Below, one piece after another: positions 9,557-19,323 of a stretch of DNA of 64,000 nucleotides. Numbering within the stretch: position 1 is the first letter of the stretch; each line of letters opens with the position of its first letter. The notes under the pieces were generated by a model. That model made no database searches and was not told where the DNA came from. It worked only from the letters and a program-made list of their open reading frames with translations. A program made the translations under genes and the position numbers. The DNA is from an uncultured Methylomirabilota bacterium (GTDB lineage Bacteria; Methylomirabilota; Methylomirabilia; Methylomirabilales; 2-02-FULL-66-22), in the NCBI GenBank assembly GCA_963845565.1, contig CAWJSJ010000005.1, forward strand, positions 800,001 to 864,000. The letters run 5' to 3'.

Positions 9557-10708
9557 ATGCGCAGCGGCGCCCGGCCTCCGATATACACCGGATCGCCTTT
9601 CCCGGCGGACACGGAGCGGGAGGCCCGCTGGGCGTGTGGCCTGCTTCCCCAGCTCGGTGGTGTCGCCCTGCAGGGGTTGCTCGAGACTTTCGGGTCGATC
9701 TCTCGGGCGTGGACGGCTTCCCCAGACGCCTTGCAGCAGGTAACGGGGATCGGGCCGGTGATGGCCTCTGCCATGCGGCGGTTTCCGTGGGCGCGCATGG
9801 TTCGACAGGACCAGGCGCGTGTTGTGGATGCCGGCCTCACGGTGCTGGTGTGGGGCGATACCGAATACCCAGCCCGCCTGCACGCGATCCGTTCGGCCCC
9901 GCCCGTCCTGTACATACGAGGGGCACTCGAGCCGGACGACGACGTGGCGGTGGCGATCGTCGGATCCCGCCGCGCGACCGCCTACGGCGAGGAGATGGCC
10001 CGGGAGTTGGGACGGGAACTCGGCCGGCGCGGCGTGACCATCGTGAGCGGGCTGGCGCGGGGCATCGATGCGGCGGCCCATCGGGGTGCCATCGAGGTCG
10101 GCGGCCGGACCCTGGCCGTCCTGGGAAGCGGGCTGGACCAGATCTATCCGCCGGAGCATCGCGGACTGGCGAATGAGGTGGCGAACGCCGGCGCCCTCCT
10201 CAGTGAGTTCCCCCTCGGTACGGCGCCGCTCCGGGTGAATTTCCCACGTCGCAATCGGATCATCAGCGGTCTCAGCCTGGGGGTCGTGGTGGTGGAGGCG
10301 GGCGTGGGGAGTGGAGCGCTCATCACCGCCCATCACGCCCTGGAGCAAGGTCGCGAGGTATTTGCGGTTCCCGGCCGGGTTCACGCCCGGTACAGCGAGG
10401 GATGCAATCGCCTCATCAAAGCCGGGGCCAAGCTGGTGGAGAGCTGGGAGGATGTCCTCGTCGAACTCGTGCCGACCCTGAAGCAGCGACGGCGGCGCCG
10501 TCCGGCGGGGCCGCCACCCGCCGACCTGACGGCAGACGAGCAGCGGATCTACGACCTGCTGGCGCGCGGTCCGGAACACATCGATGCCCTCATCGTGGGA
10601 AGCGGGTGGGGCGGCGGACGGGTGGCCTCGGTTCTGGTGGGCTTGGAGATGAAGGGCGCCATCCGACAGCTGCCGGGAAAAATCTTCGAACAGCGCGACG
10701 CTGGGTGA
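9557..10708 (+). CDS. dprA: DNA-processing protein DprA
   Basis: VAIVGSR, IVSGLARGIDAAAH, FPRRNRIISGLS, SGALITA, GREVFAVPG, C-terminal winged helix. Confidence 0.96.
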   Translation: MRSGARPPIYTGSPFPADTEREARWACGLLPQLGGVALQGLLETFGSISRAWTASPDALQQVTGIGPVMASAMRRFPWARMVRQDQARVVDAGLTVLVWGDTEYPARLHAIRSAPPVLYIRGALEPDDDVAVAIVGSRRATAYGEEMARELGRELGRRGVTIVSGLARGIDAAAHRGAIEVGGRTLAVLGSGLDQIYPPEHRGLANEVANAGALLSEFPLGTAPLRVNFPRRNRIISGLSLGVVVVEAGVGSGALITAHHALEQGREVFAVPGRVHARYSEGCNRLIKAGAKLVESWEDVLVELVPTLKQRRRRRPAGPPPADLTADEQRIYDLLARGPEHIDALIVGSGWGGGRVASVLVGLEMKGAIRQLPGKIFEQRDAG

Positions 10709-10776
10709 CCCCGAGGGGCCCCGCGAGGTATCACGCGACCCAAGGCCGGGTAGGCGCCTTGGGTTTTCGATTCTGG

Positions 10777-10901
10777 CAGGCTGCTGAAAACGGCCCATCT
10801 GCTGCGTTGGTCCGCCTCGCCACTCGCTGCGGCGTACCTCCAGTACGCCTCACTCGGGCTGCGGCGCACCGCCTTGCATCTGGGCCATTTTGAGCGGCCT
10901 G
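10777..10901 (+). repeat. Family A palindromic intergenic repeat (MITE/REP-like), copy 1
   Basis: CAGGCTGCTGAAAA...TTTTGAGCGGCCTG terminal inverted repeats; homologous to copies at 24438, 39371, 50586. Confidence 0.85.
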
Positions 10902-10937
10902 CGCGAAACGGGGTTTCAGTGTCCAGTCAAGAGGTGA

Positions 10938-10996
10938 AGCGATCAGCCGTCAGCGATCAGTCATCAGCCGCGGTCCGGGGCTGACCGCTGACGGCT
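10938..10996. repeat. Short heptamer tandem repeats followed by inverted copies
   Basis: AGCGATC-AGCCGTC-AGCGATC-AGTCATC then GCTGACC-GCTGACG. Confidence 0.5.
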
Positions 10997-11018
10997 TGTT
11001 CAAGAGGAGTCTCCATCC

Positions 11019-13496
11019 GTGGCGAAGTCGTTGGTGATTGTCGAGTCTCCGGCCAAAGCCAAGACCATCAATAAGTTCCTTGGACGCGAGTATACGGTCA
11101 AGGCCTCCATGGGCCACGTGCGGGATCTTCCTGCGAAGAGCCTGGCGGTGGACGTCGAGAAGAACTTCGCGCCGAAATACGAGGTCGTTCCCGGCCGGAA
11201 AGACGTCCTCGCCGATTTGAAGAAAGCCGCCAAGACCGCGGCCGCCATCTACCTGGCCGCCGATCCGGATCGGGAAGGGGAGGCGATCTGCTGGCACTTG
11301 GCCCACGAACTGAAATCGGCCAAGAAGCCGGTGCACCGGGTGATGTTCAACGAGATCACCAAACGGGCCGTGATGGAGGCTTTCACCCACCCCGGACCCA
11401 TCGATCAGCGCAAGGTGGATGCGCAGCAGGCACGCCGGATCCTCGACCGACTGGTGGGATACAAGATCAGCCCCCTGCTGTGGGAGAAGGTCCGCCGGGG
11501 CATTTCCGCCGGGCGGGTCCAGTCGGTGGCGTTGCGCCTGGTGGTGGACCGCGAAAAAGACATCCGGGCCTTCGTCCCTGCGGAATACTGGACCATCACG
11601 GCCGCGCTGGTGCGCCCCGACGGGGTCGGGCCGGAATTCCCGGCCCGTCTCGTCAAGGTGGACGGCGAGAAGGTCGGCATCTCCTCCCAGGCCGAGGCGG
11701 ATCGGATCCTCGCGGCGCTTCAGGCGCCGGAAACCGCCTTCCGTGTCGGTACGGTCCTCCGCAAGGAGAAGCGGCGGAATCCGGTCGCGCCCTTCACCAC
11801 CAGCAAGCTCCAACAGGAAGCGGTGCGAAAGCTCCGCTTTACAGCCCGGAAGACGATGCAGGTGGCCCAGCAGCTCTACGAGGGCATCGAGTTGGGGGAG
11901 GCCGGGTCGGTCGGCCTCATCACCTACATGCGCACGGATTCCACCCGGGTCTCTCCCGAGGCGCAGGCCGAGGTGCGCACCTTCATCACGGATCGGTATG
12001 GGGCGCAGTTTCTGCCGGAGCGCCCGCCGGTGTACAAGAGCGGCAAGGGGGCACAGGAGGCCCACGAGGCGATCCGGCCGACCTCCGTTCTCCTCGAGCC
12101 GGCGCAGGTGGCTCCCCACCTCACGCGGGACCAGTTGAACCTGTATACGCTGATCTGGAACCGGTTCGTGGCGTCCCAGATGCGGCCGGCGGTGTTCGAC
12201 ACGACCGCGGTGGACATCGCCGCCGGGCGATTCACGTTCCGCGCCAGCGGTCAGCACATGACGTTCGCCGGATTCATGCAGGTGTACGTGGAGGGGCAGG
12301 ACGAGGCGCGCGCGGATGACCGAGCCAAGAACGGGCAGGCAGAAGGGGAGGAAGACGAAGAGCGCAGTCTCCCGCAGCTTGCCGAGGGGGAGCCCCTGGA
12401 CTGCCGCGGCCTCGACCCGGTCCAGCACTTCACTCAGCCACCGCCCCGTTTCACCGAGGCGACCTTGGTCAAGGAGCTGGAAGAGCGGGGAATCGGTCGT
12501 CCCAGCACGTACGCCGCCATCCTCGGCGTGATCCAGAATCGGGACTACGTGGTCAAGGCCGAGGGGAAATTCCGGCCCACGGAACTGGGCGAGATTGTGG
12601 TGGACCTCTTGGTCGAGAGTTTCCCCCGCATTCTGGATCCCGGTTTCACCGCCCAGATGGAGACCCGGCTGGACGAGATCGAGGAGGGAACCGCCGACTG
12701 GTTGGAGTCCATGCACGAGTTCTACGGGGCCTTCACCCGCTGGCTGGAACACGCCAAGAAGAAGATGAAGAACGTGAAGGCCATGGAGGAACCGACGGAC
12801 CAGGTGTGCGAGAAATGCGGCCGCTCCATGGTGATCAAGTGGGGACGGTTCGGGAAGTTCCTGGCCTGCTCGGGATACCCGGAATGCAAGAGCACCAAGG
12901 AGCTGCCGGGCAATGGGAATGGGGCCCCGGAGGGGGGCGGGAGCGGCGACGGAGACACGATCGTCGGCGAGGGACAGGCATGCGAGAACTGTGGGAAGCC
13001 CATGGTCTTGAAGCGGGGACGGTTCGGCCCCTTCTTGGCGTGTTCGGGTTATCCCGAGTGCCGGACGGTGGTCAAGGTTGCCAAGGCCGCCGCCGCACCG
13101 CCGGAGCCCACGGACCAGGTCTGCGAGACCTGCGGCGCCCCCATGGTGATCCGGACCGGCCGCTTCGGCCGCTTCTATTCGTGCAGCACGTATCCGAAAT
13201 GCAAGAACGTGAAACCGATCCCCATCGGCGTGGATTGCCCGAAATGCGGCGCGCCCTTGGCGGCCCGGCGCACCAAGCGAGGCCGCACGTTCTATGGGTG
13301 TACCGCCTACCCGACGTGTGAGTTCACGATCTGGGACCGCCCCGTGGCGGCACCCTGTCCGACCTGTCAGGCGCCGTTCGTGGTCGAGAAGCGCAGCAAG
13401 GCCGGCGTGACGCTGCGATGCATCAAAGAGGGCTGCGACTACGAGGGGGAGGTTCCCGCTCCCGCCACCGTCACGCCCGACACCGCGGCGCAATGA
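11019..13496 (+). CDS. topA: DNA topoisomerase I with C-terminal zinc ribbons
   Basis: LVIVESPAKAKTI, DPDREGE, SAGRVQS, LITYMRTDS, GIGRPSTY, repeated C-x2-C...C..YP.C zinc ribbons. Confidence 0.98.
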   Translation: MAKSLVIVESPAKAKTINKFLGREYTVKASMGHVRDLPAKSLAVDVEKNFAPKYEVVPGRKDVLADLKKAAKTAAAIYLAADPDREGEAICWHLAHELKSAKKPVHRVMFNEITKRAVMEAFTHPGPIDQRKVDAQQARRILDRLVGYKISPLLWEKVRRGISAGRVQSVALRLVVDREKDIRAFVPAEYWTITAALVRPDGVGPEFPARLVKVDGEKVGISSQAEADRILAALQAPETAFRVGTVLRKEKRRNPVAPFTTSKLQQEAVRKLRFTARKTMQVAQQLYEGIELGEAGSVGLITYMRTDSTRVSPEAQAEVRTFITDRYGAQFLPERPPVYKSGKGAQEAHEAIRPTSVLLEPAQVAPHLTRDQLNLYTLIWNRFVASQMRPAVFDTTAVDIAAGRFTFRASGQHMTFAGFMQVYVEGQDEARADDRAKNGQAEGEEDEERSLPQLAEGEPLDCRGLDPVQHFTQPPPRFTEATLVKELEERGIGRPSTYAAILGVIQNRDYVVKAEGKFRPTELGEIVVDLLVESFPRILDPGFTAQMETRLDEIEEGTADWLESMHEFYGAFTRWLEHAKKKMKNVKAMEEPTDQVCEKCGRSMVIKWGRFGKFLACSGYPECKSTKELPGNGNGAPEGGGSGDGDTIVGEGQACENCGKPMVLKRGRFGPFLACSGYPECRTVVKVAKAAAAPPEPTDQVCETCGAPMVIRTGRFGRFYSCSTYPKCKNVKPIPIGVDCPKCGAPLAARRTKRGRTFYGCTAYPTCEFTIWDRPVAAPCPTCQAPFVVEKRSKAGVTLRCIKEGCDYEGEVPAPATVTPDTAAQ

Positions 13497-13568
13497 CCAG
13501 TATCTATTCTCTGATGTTCGACGGCCGGAGACTCTCCAAAATTGCCACTTCCTGAAAGCTGACCACTG

Positions 13569-14930
13569 ATGGCTGAAGGCGTTATTGCAATCATCGGCGG
13601 CGGCCTGGCCGGAGCCGAAGCGGCCTGGCAGGCGGCCAGCCGGGGCGCCTCCGTGCGCCTCTACGAGATGCGGCCCGCGGTGCGGACGCCGGCCCATCAA
13701 ACGGATCGGTTGGCCGAGCTGGTCTGCAGCAACTCCCTGAAGTCCGAATCCCTCGAGGATGCGAGCGGCCTGCTCAAGGCGGAGATGCGGGCGTTCGATT
13801 CGTTGATCCTGCGGTGTGCCGAAGCGCACCGCGTCCCGGCGGGGTCGGCCCTGGCGGTGGATCGCGAGCAGTTCGCCGCCGCGGTCACCCAGGCGATCAC
13901 CGCCCACCCGCTGATCCAGGTGATCCGCGAGGAGGTTCAAGAGCTTCCGGCGGGCCGGCCGGCCATCGTGGCCTCGGGCCCGTTGACGTCCGACAGGCTT
14001 GCCGCGAGCCTGGCGGCGCGCTTCGCAGCGTTCCTGGGGCCGGACGGGGCGACGTCTCGTGGCGCGCAGTGGCTCTACTTCTACGATGCGATCTCGCCGA
14101 TCGTGGCCGCGGATTCGATCAATCGAGAGGTGGCCTACGAGGCCGCACGCTACGGGGTGGGGGGCGCGGATTACCTGAATTGTCCGCTGACCCGGGAAGA
14201 GTACGCGCGATTCCGCGAGGCGCTGCTGACCGGGGAGCGATATCCGTTGCACGACTTCGAGCGGGCGACATTTTTCGAGGGGTGCCTGCCGATCGAAGAG
14301 CTGGCGGAGCGGGGCGAGGACACGCTGCGATTCGGCCCGATGCGCCCGGTCGGATTGCGCGATCCGCGGACCGAAAGGCGGCCCTTTGCGGTGGTTCAGC
14401 TCCGTCAGGAAAATCAGGGCCCGAACGGGCAACCCACCATGTACAACCTGGTGGGGTTCCAGACCAGGCTCAGGCGGGGCGACCAAGTCAAGTCCCTCCG
14501 GCTCATTCCGGGACTGGAACGCGCCGAGATCCTGCGGTACGGGAGCGTTCACCGGAACACGTTTCTCACGGCGCCGGTTCTCCTGGAGGGCACGCTCCAG
14601 TTCCGTGGGGATCCGGGGATCTTCTTCGCCGGCCAGCTTACCGGGGTCGAGGGCTACCTGGAATCCGCCGCCACGGGTCTGCTCGCCGGCATCAACGCCG
14701 TGCACCAGTCGAGGGGTATTCCGTTGCTCCACCCGCCGCGGACGACCATGCTCGGCGGTTTGCTCCACTACCTGACCACCGCGTCGCCCGCCACCTTCCA
14801 GCCCATCAACGCCAACTTCGGCCTCCTGCCCGTCCTCTCCGAGCTCGTCCGCGACCGCCAGGATCGGAATCGACTGCTGGCGGCCCGCGCCCAAGCGGAC
14901 TTCCAGGCCTGGCGGCAGCGTCTGGGGTAG
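13569..14930 (+). CDS. trmFO: Methylenetetrahydrofolate--tRNA-(uracil-5-)-methyltransferase TrmFO (Gid)
   Basis: GGGLAGAEAAWQ, AELVCSNS, FYDAISP, FEGCLPIE, YNLVGFQT, AGQLTGVEGY. Confidence 0.96.
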   Translation: MAEGVIAIIGGGLAGAEAAWQAASRGASVRLYEMRPAVRTPAHQTDRLAELVCSNSLKSESLEDASGLLKAEMRAFDSLILRCAEAHRVPAGSALAVDREQFAAAVTQAITAHPLIQVIREEVQELPAGRPAIVASGPLTSDRLAASLAARFAAFLGPDGATSRGAQWLYFYDAISPIVAADSINREVAYEAARYGVGGADYLNCPLTREEYARFREALLTGERYPLHDFERATFFEGCLPIEELAERGEDTLRFGPMRPVGLRDPRTERRPFAVVQLRQENQGPNGQPTMYNLVGFQTRLRRGDQVKSLRLIPGLERAEILRYGSVHRNTFLTAPVLLEGTLQFRGDPGIFFAGQLTGVEGYLESAATGLLAGINAVHQSRGIPLLHPPRTTMLGGLLHYLTTASPATFQPINANFGLLPVLSELVRDRQDRNRLLAARAQADFQAWRQRLG

Positions 14931-15062
14931 CACCGCAAGGAACGGCTTGACTCCGCTCCACGTCTCCAAGTACCTTGATTGATGAAAAGAAACAACCGAC
15001 TCGACTGACGTGTGCGGCGCCGAGTGCTGTCCGGGGCGAGTGCGAGAAGGGACGGCGACCCG

Positions 15063-15728
15063 ATGGCGGGACCAAGGACACGACAATCTGCAGGTGCGGC
15101 ACGGGCACCCATCTACCACCTGAAGGTCTCCCTGGAGGGGATCGAGCCAGTGATCTGGCGGCGGTTGCACGTGCCGGGCGACGCCAATCTTGGATGGCTG
15201 CACGCGGTGATCCAGGTGGCGATGGGGTGGACCAACAGTCATCTGCACCAGTTCGTCGTCGGAAAGCGGTTGTATTCCGACCCCAGCTTCGAGATCGATG
15301 AGTTTGAGGATGGTCCGCGCGTCCTGGACGAGAACGCGACAACGATCAGCGAGATCGCACGCCGGGTGAAGAGCGCGTTCGTGTACGAGTACGACTTCGG
15401 CGATTCGTGGGACCATCGGATTACCGTCGAGAAGATCCTCGGTCCTGATCCCGCGGCGGTAGGTTTGGCGAAGTGCCTGGACGGCGAGCGGGTCTGCCCG
15501 CCGGAGGATTGTGGCGGTGTGCCCGGATACGCCGATCTTCTCGAAATCATCATGGACCCCAAACATGAGGAGTATGAGTCCACGATGGAATGGCTGGGCG
15601 GCGGATTCGACCCCGAAGCGTTCGATCGCGACAAGACCAACAAGCATCTGCGAAAACTGAAATGGCCCCACACGACCGTCAGCCAGTTGGCCGGTGTCCT
15701 CATGCGGCGCGACGGGGTCAGGGGGTAG
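15063..15728 (+). CDS. Plasmid pRiA4b ORF-3 family protein
   Basis: IYHLKVSL...IWRRLHVP, LH.VIQ.AMGW.NSHLHQF, YEYDFGDSW.H.I, CPPEDCGG..GY, FDPEAFD. Confidence 0.9.
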   Translation: MAGPRTRQSAGAARAPIYHLKVSLEGIEPVIWRRLHVPGDANLGWLHAVIQVAMGWTNSHLHQFVVGKRLYSDPSFEIDEFEDGPRVLDENATTISEIARRVKSAFVYEYDFGDSWDHRITVEKILGPDPAAVGLAKCLDGERVCPPEDCGGVPGYADLLEIIMDPKHEEYESTMEWLGGGFDPEAFDRDKTNKHLRKLKWPHTTVSQLAGVLMRRDGVRG

Positions 15729-15745
15729 GCCGAACGCAATGTCAC

Positions 15746-15774
15746 TTGCGCGCGGTGAGGCTTCTTGGTATAGA
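15746..15774 (+). promoter_or_regulatory. Putative sigma70 promoter of the mnt-hepn/mod-res unit
   Basis: TTGCGC-17 bp-TATAGA with TG extension. Confidence 0.4.
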
Positions 15775-15831
15775 GGCTCAAGTCTCCCGCCTCTTCCATT
15801 GGTTCAGGCGATTCATGGAAACGGGTGAGTT

Positions 15832-16164
15832 ATGAACGACAAGCTCACCACCACGTCAGCGGTTTCGATTCCGAAAGACAGGCTGGTTGATTTCTGCCGT
15901 CGCTGGAAGGTCGCTGAGCTTTCCCTGTTTGGCTCCGCACTACGCGAAGATTTCCGGCCGGACAGCGATGTGGATCTCCTCGTCTCGTTTGCCCCTGGGG
16001 TAACGTGGGGCTTCGATGATCTCCTCACGATGAAGGAGGAGCTGCAGACGCTCTTCGGGCGGGCCGTGGATCTGGTCGAGCGCCGGCTGGTGGAAGCAAG
16101 CGAGAACTACATCCGGCGCAAGCACATCCTGAGTCACCTGGAGCCCCTGTATGTGGAGGGATGA
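15832..16164 (+). CDS. Minimal nucleotidyltransferase (MntA-type antitoxin)
   Basis: [20 protein letters not shown] (GS-x10-DxD), LFGRAVDLV; overlaps a DUF86 gene. Confidence 0.92.
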   Translation: MNDKLTTTSAVSIPKDRLVDFCRRWKVAELSLFGSALREDFRPDSDVDLLVSFAPGVTWGFDDLLTMKEELQTLFGRAVDLVERRLVEASENYIRRKHILSHLEPLYVEG

Positions 16165-16375
16165 GGCGTGGTTGCTCGACATGCTGCAGGCCTGTCGAAA
16201 AGCGCTCCAGCACGTGGAGGGTCTCGGCGAGCATCGTTTTCATGTGAGTCCTCTCCACCAGGATGCCATCATTCGCCAACTCACCATCCTCGGTGAAGCG
16301 GCCAAGCAGGTCTCTCCTGAATTCCGGGACGCCCACTCCGAGATTCCGTGGAAGAGGATCGCCGGCTTTCGGGAC
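16151..16375 (+). pseudogene. HEPN/DUF86 (HepT-like) toxin, C-terminally truncated and fused in frame to Mod sequence
   Basis: [12 protein letters not shown]...QDAIIRQLTILGEAAKQVS.EFR..H.EIPW..IAGFRD, then abrupt switch to Mod-like DHGAPDKV...; the R-x4-H RNase motif is incomplete. Confidence 0.8.
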
Positions 16376-19311
16376 GATCATGGGGCACCCGACAAGGTAT
16401 CCGATCTGCTGGACGAAGCCAGGCACAGGGCACTCACCGAGGAGGAGGCGAAGATCCTGGCCGAGGCGCTGCGGACGCATGAGCCGTGGCTGGAGTGGGC
16501 GGGGAAGCGCGAGGCGAAGTCGTTCGAGGTGGATCCTGTCGCGCTGCATCATCCACGAGCGGGTCAGCACGCAGGCGATCCTGCGCGTCGCCGCCCGCCA
16601 GGACGTGCAGCGGGACCTATTCGCCGACCCGCAGATGGCCTATCACGAGGCGGTCCAGTTCTACCGGCACGACATGGACTGGGCGAACCGGTTGATCCTG
16701 GGCGACAGCCTGCAGGTCATGTCGTCGCTGGCCCGGCGCGAGGACCTGGCGGGCAAGGTGCAGATGATCTACATGGACCCGCCATACGGCATCAAGTTCG
16801 CCAGCAACTTCCAGCCCGAGGTCGGCAAGCGGGACGTCGAAGGACAAGGAGCAGGACCTCACCCGCGAGCCGGAAATGGTGAAGGCTTACCGCGACACCT
16901 GGACGCTCGGGGTTCACTCGTACCTCGCATACCTCCGCGACCGTCTGATCGTCGCCCGGGAACTGCTGGCGGATTCGGGCAGCATCTTCGTGCAGATCAG
17001 CGACGAGAACCTGCACCGCGTGCGATCCCTGATGGACGAGGTGTTCGGAGTATCGCAACTTCGTTTCCATCATTCAGTTTACGAAAACCAGTCGTCCGCG
17101 AGCTCTGATCTCTTGCCGCCGTTTGCGATTACCTCCTTTGGTATGCGAAGGCGGTTGACAAGATCAAATGCAGACGCTTTCTTCCGCCGCAAGAATGCAG
17201 GTGAAGAGGGCGCGTCGAAATACTCGTTTATCGAAATGAGCCTCAGGAGGACGTCGTCAGCTGATCCGACTCTGAACGTTCGACGATCCGAAAGTTCTTC
17301 CGGAAAAGTCACGCGTGTACGGATCGATCAGCTTACCTCTCAGAGGCCACCGCGAGCGATCAGATCCGTTCGAATTCCAAGGGCAAGTCTGTCTCGCCTT
17401 TGCCAGGAATATTGGAAGACCAGTATCGAAGGGACCGATAGAGTCGGCCGAGGCAAATCGAGATAGTCGTCGCTGGCAGACAAGTCCGACTCTATCCGAT
17501 ACACGATTCGACAGACTTCCCCGTTATCCGACTCAACAACACACTGGGCCGATACGTGGAAGCGTCCAAAGTCGGACAGACAAAAGTGTACGTCGTTCAG
17601 ACGGCGACACAAGGTCGTTGAGCGCTGCCTGCTGATGACCACTGACCCCGGCGACCTGGTCCTCGATCCGACCTGCGGCAGCGGGACGACGGCGTACGTC
17701 GCGAGCAGTGGGGGCGCCGGTGGATCACGTGTCGACACGAGCCGGGTGGCGCTGGCGCTCGCGCGCCAGCGGCTACTGACGGCGCAAGTTCGCGTACTTC
17801 CAGCTTCGCTCGTCGACGCGACGACCTGGACCGGAACCCGGTGGCACCGTGGCTGACCGATCCAACCGGCAAGGTCGCGGGCAAGTGCACGTTCAAGTGC
17901 AAGACGCGTGCCGCACATCACGCTCAAGAGCATCGCGCAGAACACGGCTCTCGACCCGATCTTCGCGAAGCACGAGCCGATCCTTGCGGCGCGCTTGGAC
18001 GCGCTGAACGCGGCGCTCGCGAAACCGGCCACGCCGACGTCTCGCGGCAGAAGCTGGCCGACGAAGCTGCGCGAGAAGCAGAAGGCGCGAGGGCGAAGAG
18101 GGCGATCACGGACGCCGACCGGCGGCCGCTGGGAACTGCCGAAGAAGCGCCGTGGCGAGCACTGGGAGGTGCCGTTCGACACCGACCCGGACTGGCCGAA
18201 GGCGCTCGCAGGACGCGCTGACGGAATACCGCAAGGCCTGGCGGGCGAAGATGGACGAGGTCAACGCCTGCATCGCCGCGAACGCCGAGCAGGAGGAGCT
18301 GGTGGACCAGCCGGAGGTCGTGAAGGGCGTCGTCCGGGTGACCGGCCCGTTCACGGTCGAGGCGGTCCAGCCGCCCGAGGTGTCGCTCGGACGAGGAAGG
18401 CCTGTTCGACGGCGAGCCCGAACGAGGCTCGGAGCACGATCGAGCGGACGCCGAGGCGGGCCGACGGCGGACCGAGGCCAAGAACGCCGAGGCGTACCTC
18501 GACGCAGATGATCCGGCTCCTGCGCGCGGACGGGGTGCGGTTCCCCGACAACAAGCAGATGCGTTCACCCGCGCTCGAGCCGCTCCGAGACGGCGCCAGC
18601 GGCGCTTCCACGCCGAGGGGCGCTGGATGCCGGAGGGCGAGGCGGACGACGATCCCGACGGCCGCGCGACGGTCGGCGTCGCGTTCGGCCCGCAGTACGG
18701 CCCGGTCACGGCGCAAGCAGGTCGAGGAGTGCGTCCGCGCCGCGAACCGCGCGCGGGTACGACGACCTGGTGTTCGCCGGGTTCAGCTTCGACGGTGCGG
18801 CGCAGGCGGTCGATCGAGGAGGCCGCGCACCCGAAGCTCCGCATCCACATGGCGCACATCCGGCCCGGACGTGAACCCCGGCATGGACGGGCTGCTGAAG
18901 GAGACAGCCGGGCAGCCAGCTCTTCACCGTGTTCGGCCAGCCGCGGACGCAGGCTGGACAGGCCGGACAAGGACGGCGAGTACACGGTGACGATGGAGGG
19001 CGTGGACATCTACAACCCGGTGGACAACACGTCATGTCCGACCGGGCGCGGACAAGGTGGCGGCGTGGTTCCTCGACGGCGACTACGACGGGCGGACCTT
19101 CTGCATCACGCAGGCGTTCTTCCCCGACCGGACGGCGTGGGAGAAGCTGGCCAAGGCGCTCAAGGGCGTCGTCGACGCGGAGCGATTCGAGGCGCTGAGC
19201 GGGCACGGTCTCGCTGCCGTTCCCGGCCGGGAAGCACCGGCGGGTCGGCGGTGAAGGTGATCGACCCGCGCGGGAACGAGGTGATGCGGGTCCGTCGCGC
19301 TGGAAGGCTGA
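16376..19311 (+). CDS. mod: Type III restriction-modification N6-adenine methyltransferase (Mod), heavily frameshifted in this sequence
   Basis: PWLEWAGKRE, WANRLILGDSLQVM, GKVQMIYMDPPYGIKF (DPPY), DPGDLVLDPTCGSGTTAY, VRVTGPFTVE, LFTVFGQP, AAWFLD.DYDG, VKVIDPRGNE pieces across frames. Confidence 0.88.
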
Positions 19312-19323
19312 GAGGTGACGCGC

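Noticed and set aside
10950..15671. 1573-aa minus-strand ORF and other long antisense ORFs (e.g. 49329-52910, 58276-60738)
   Set aside because: Shadow frames of well-supported + strand genes in high-GC DNA; no recognisable motifs
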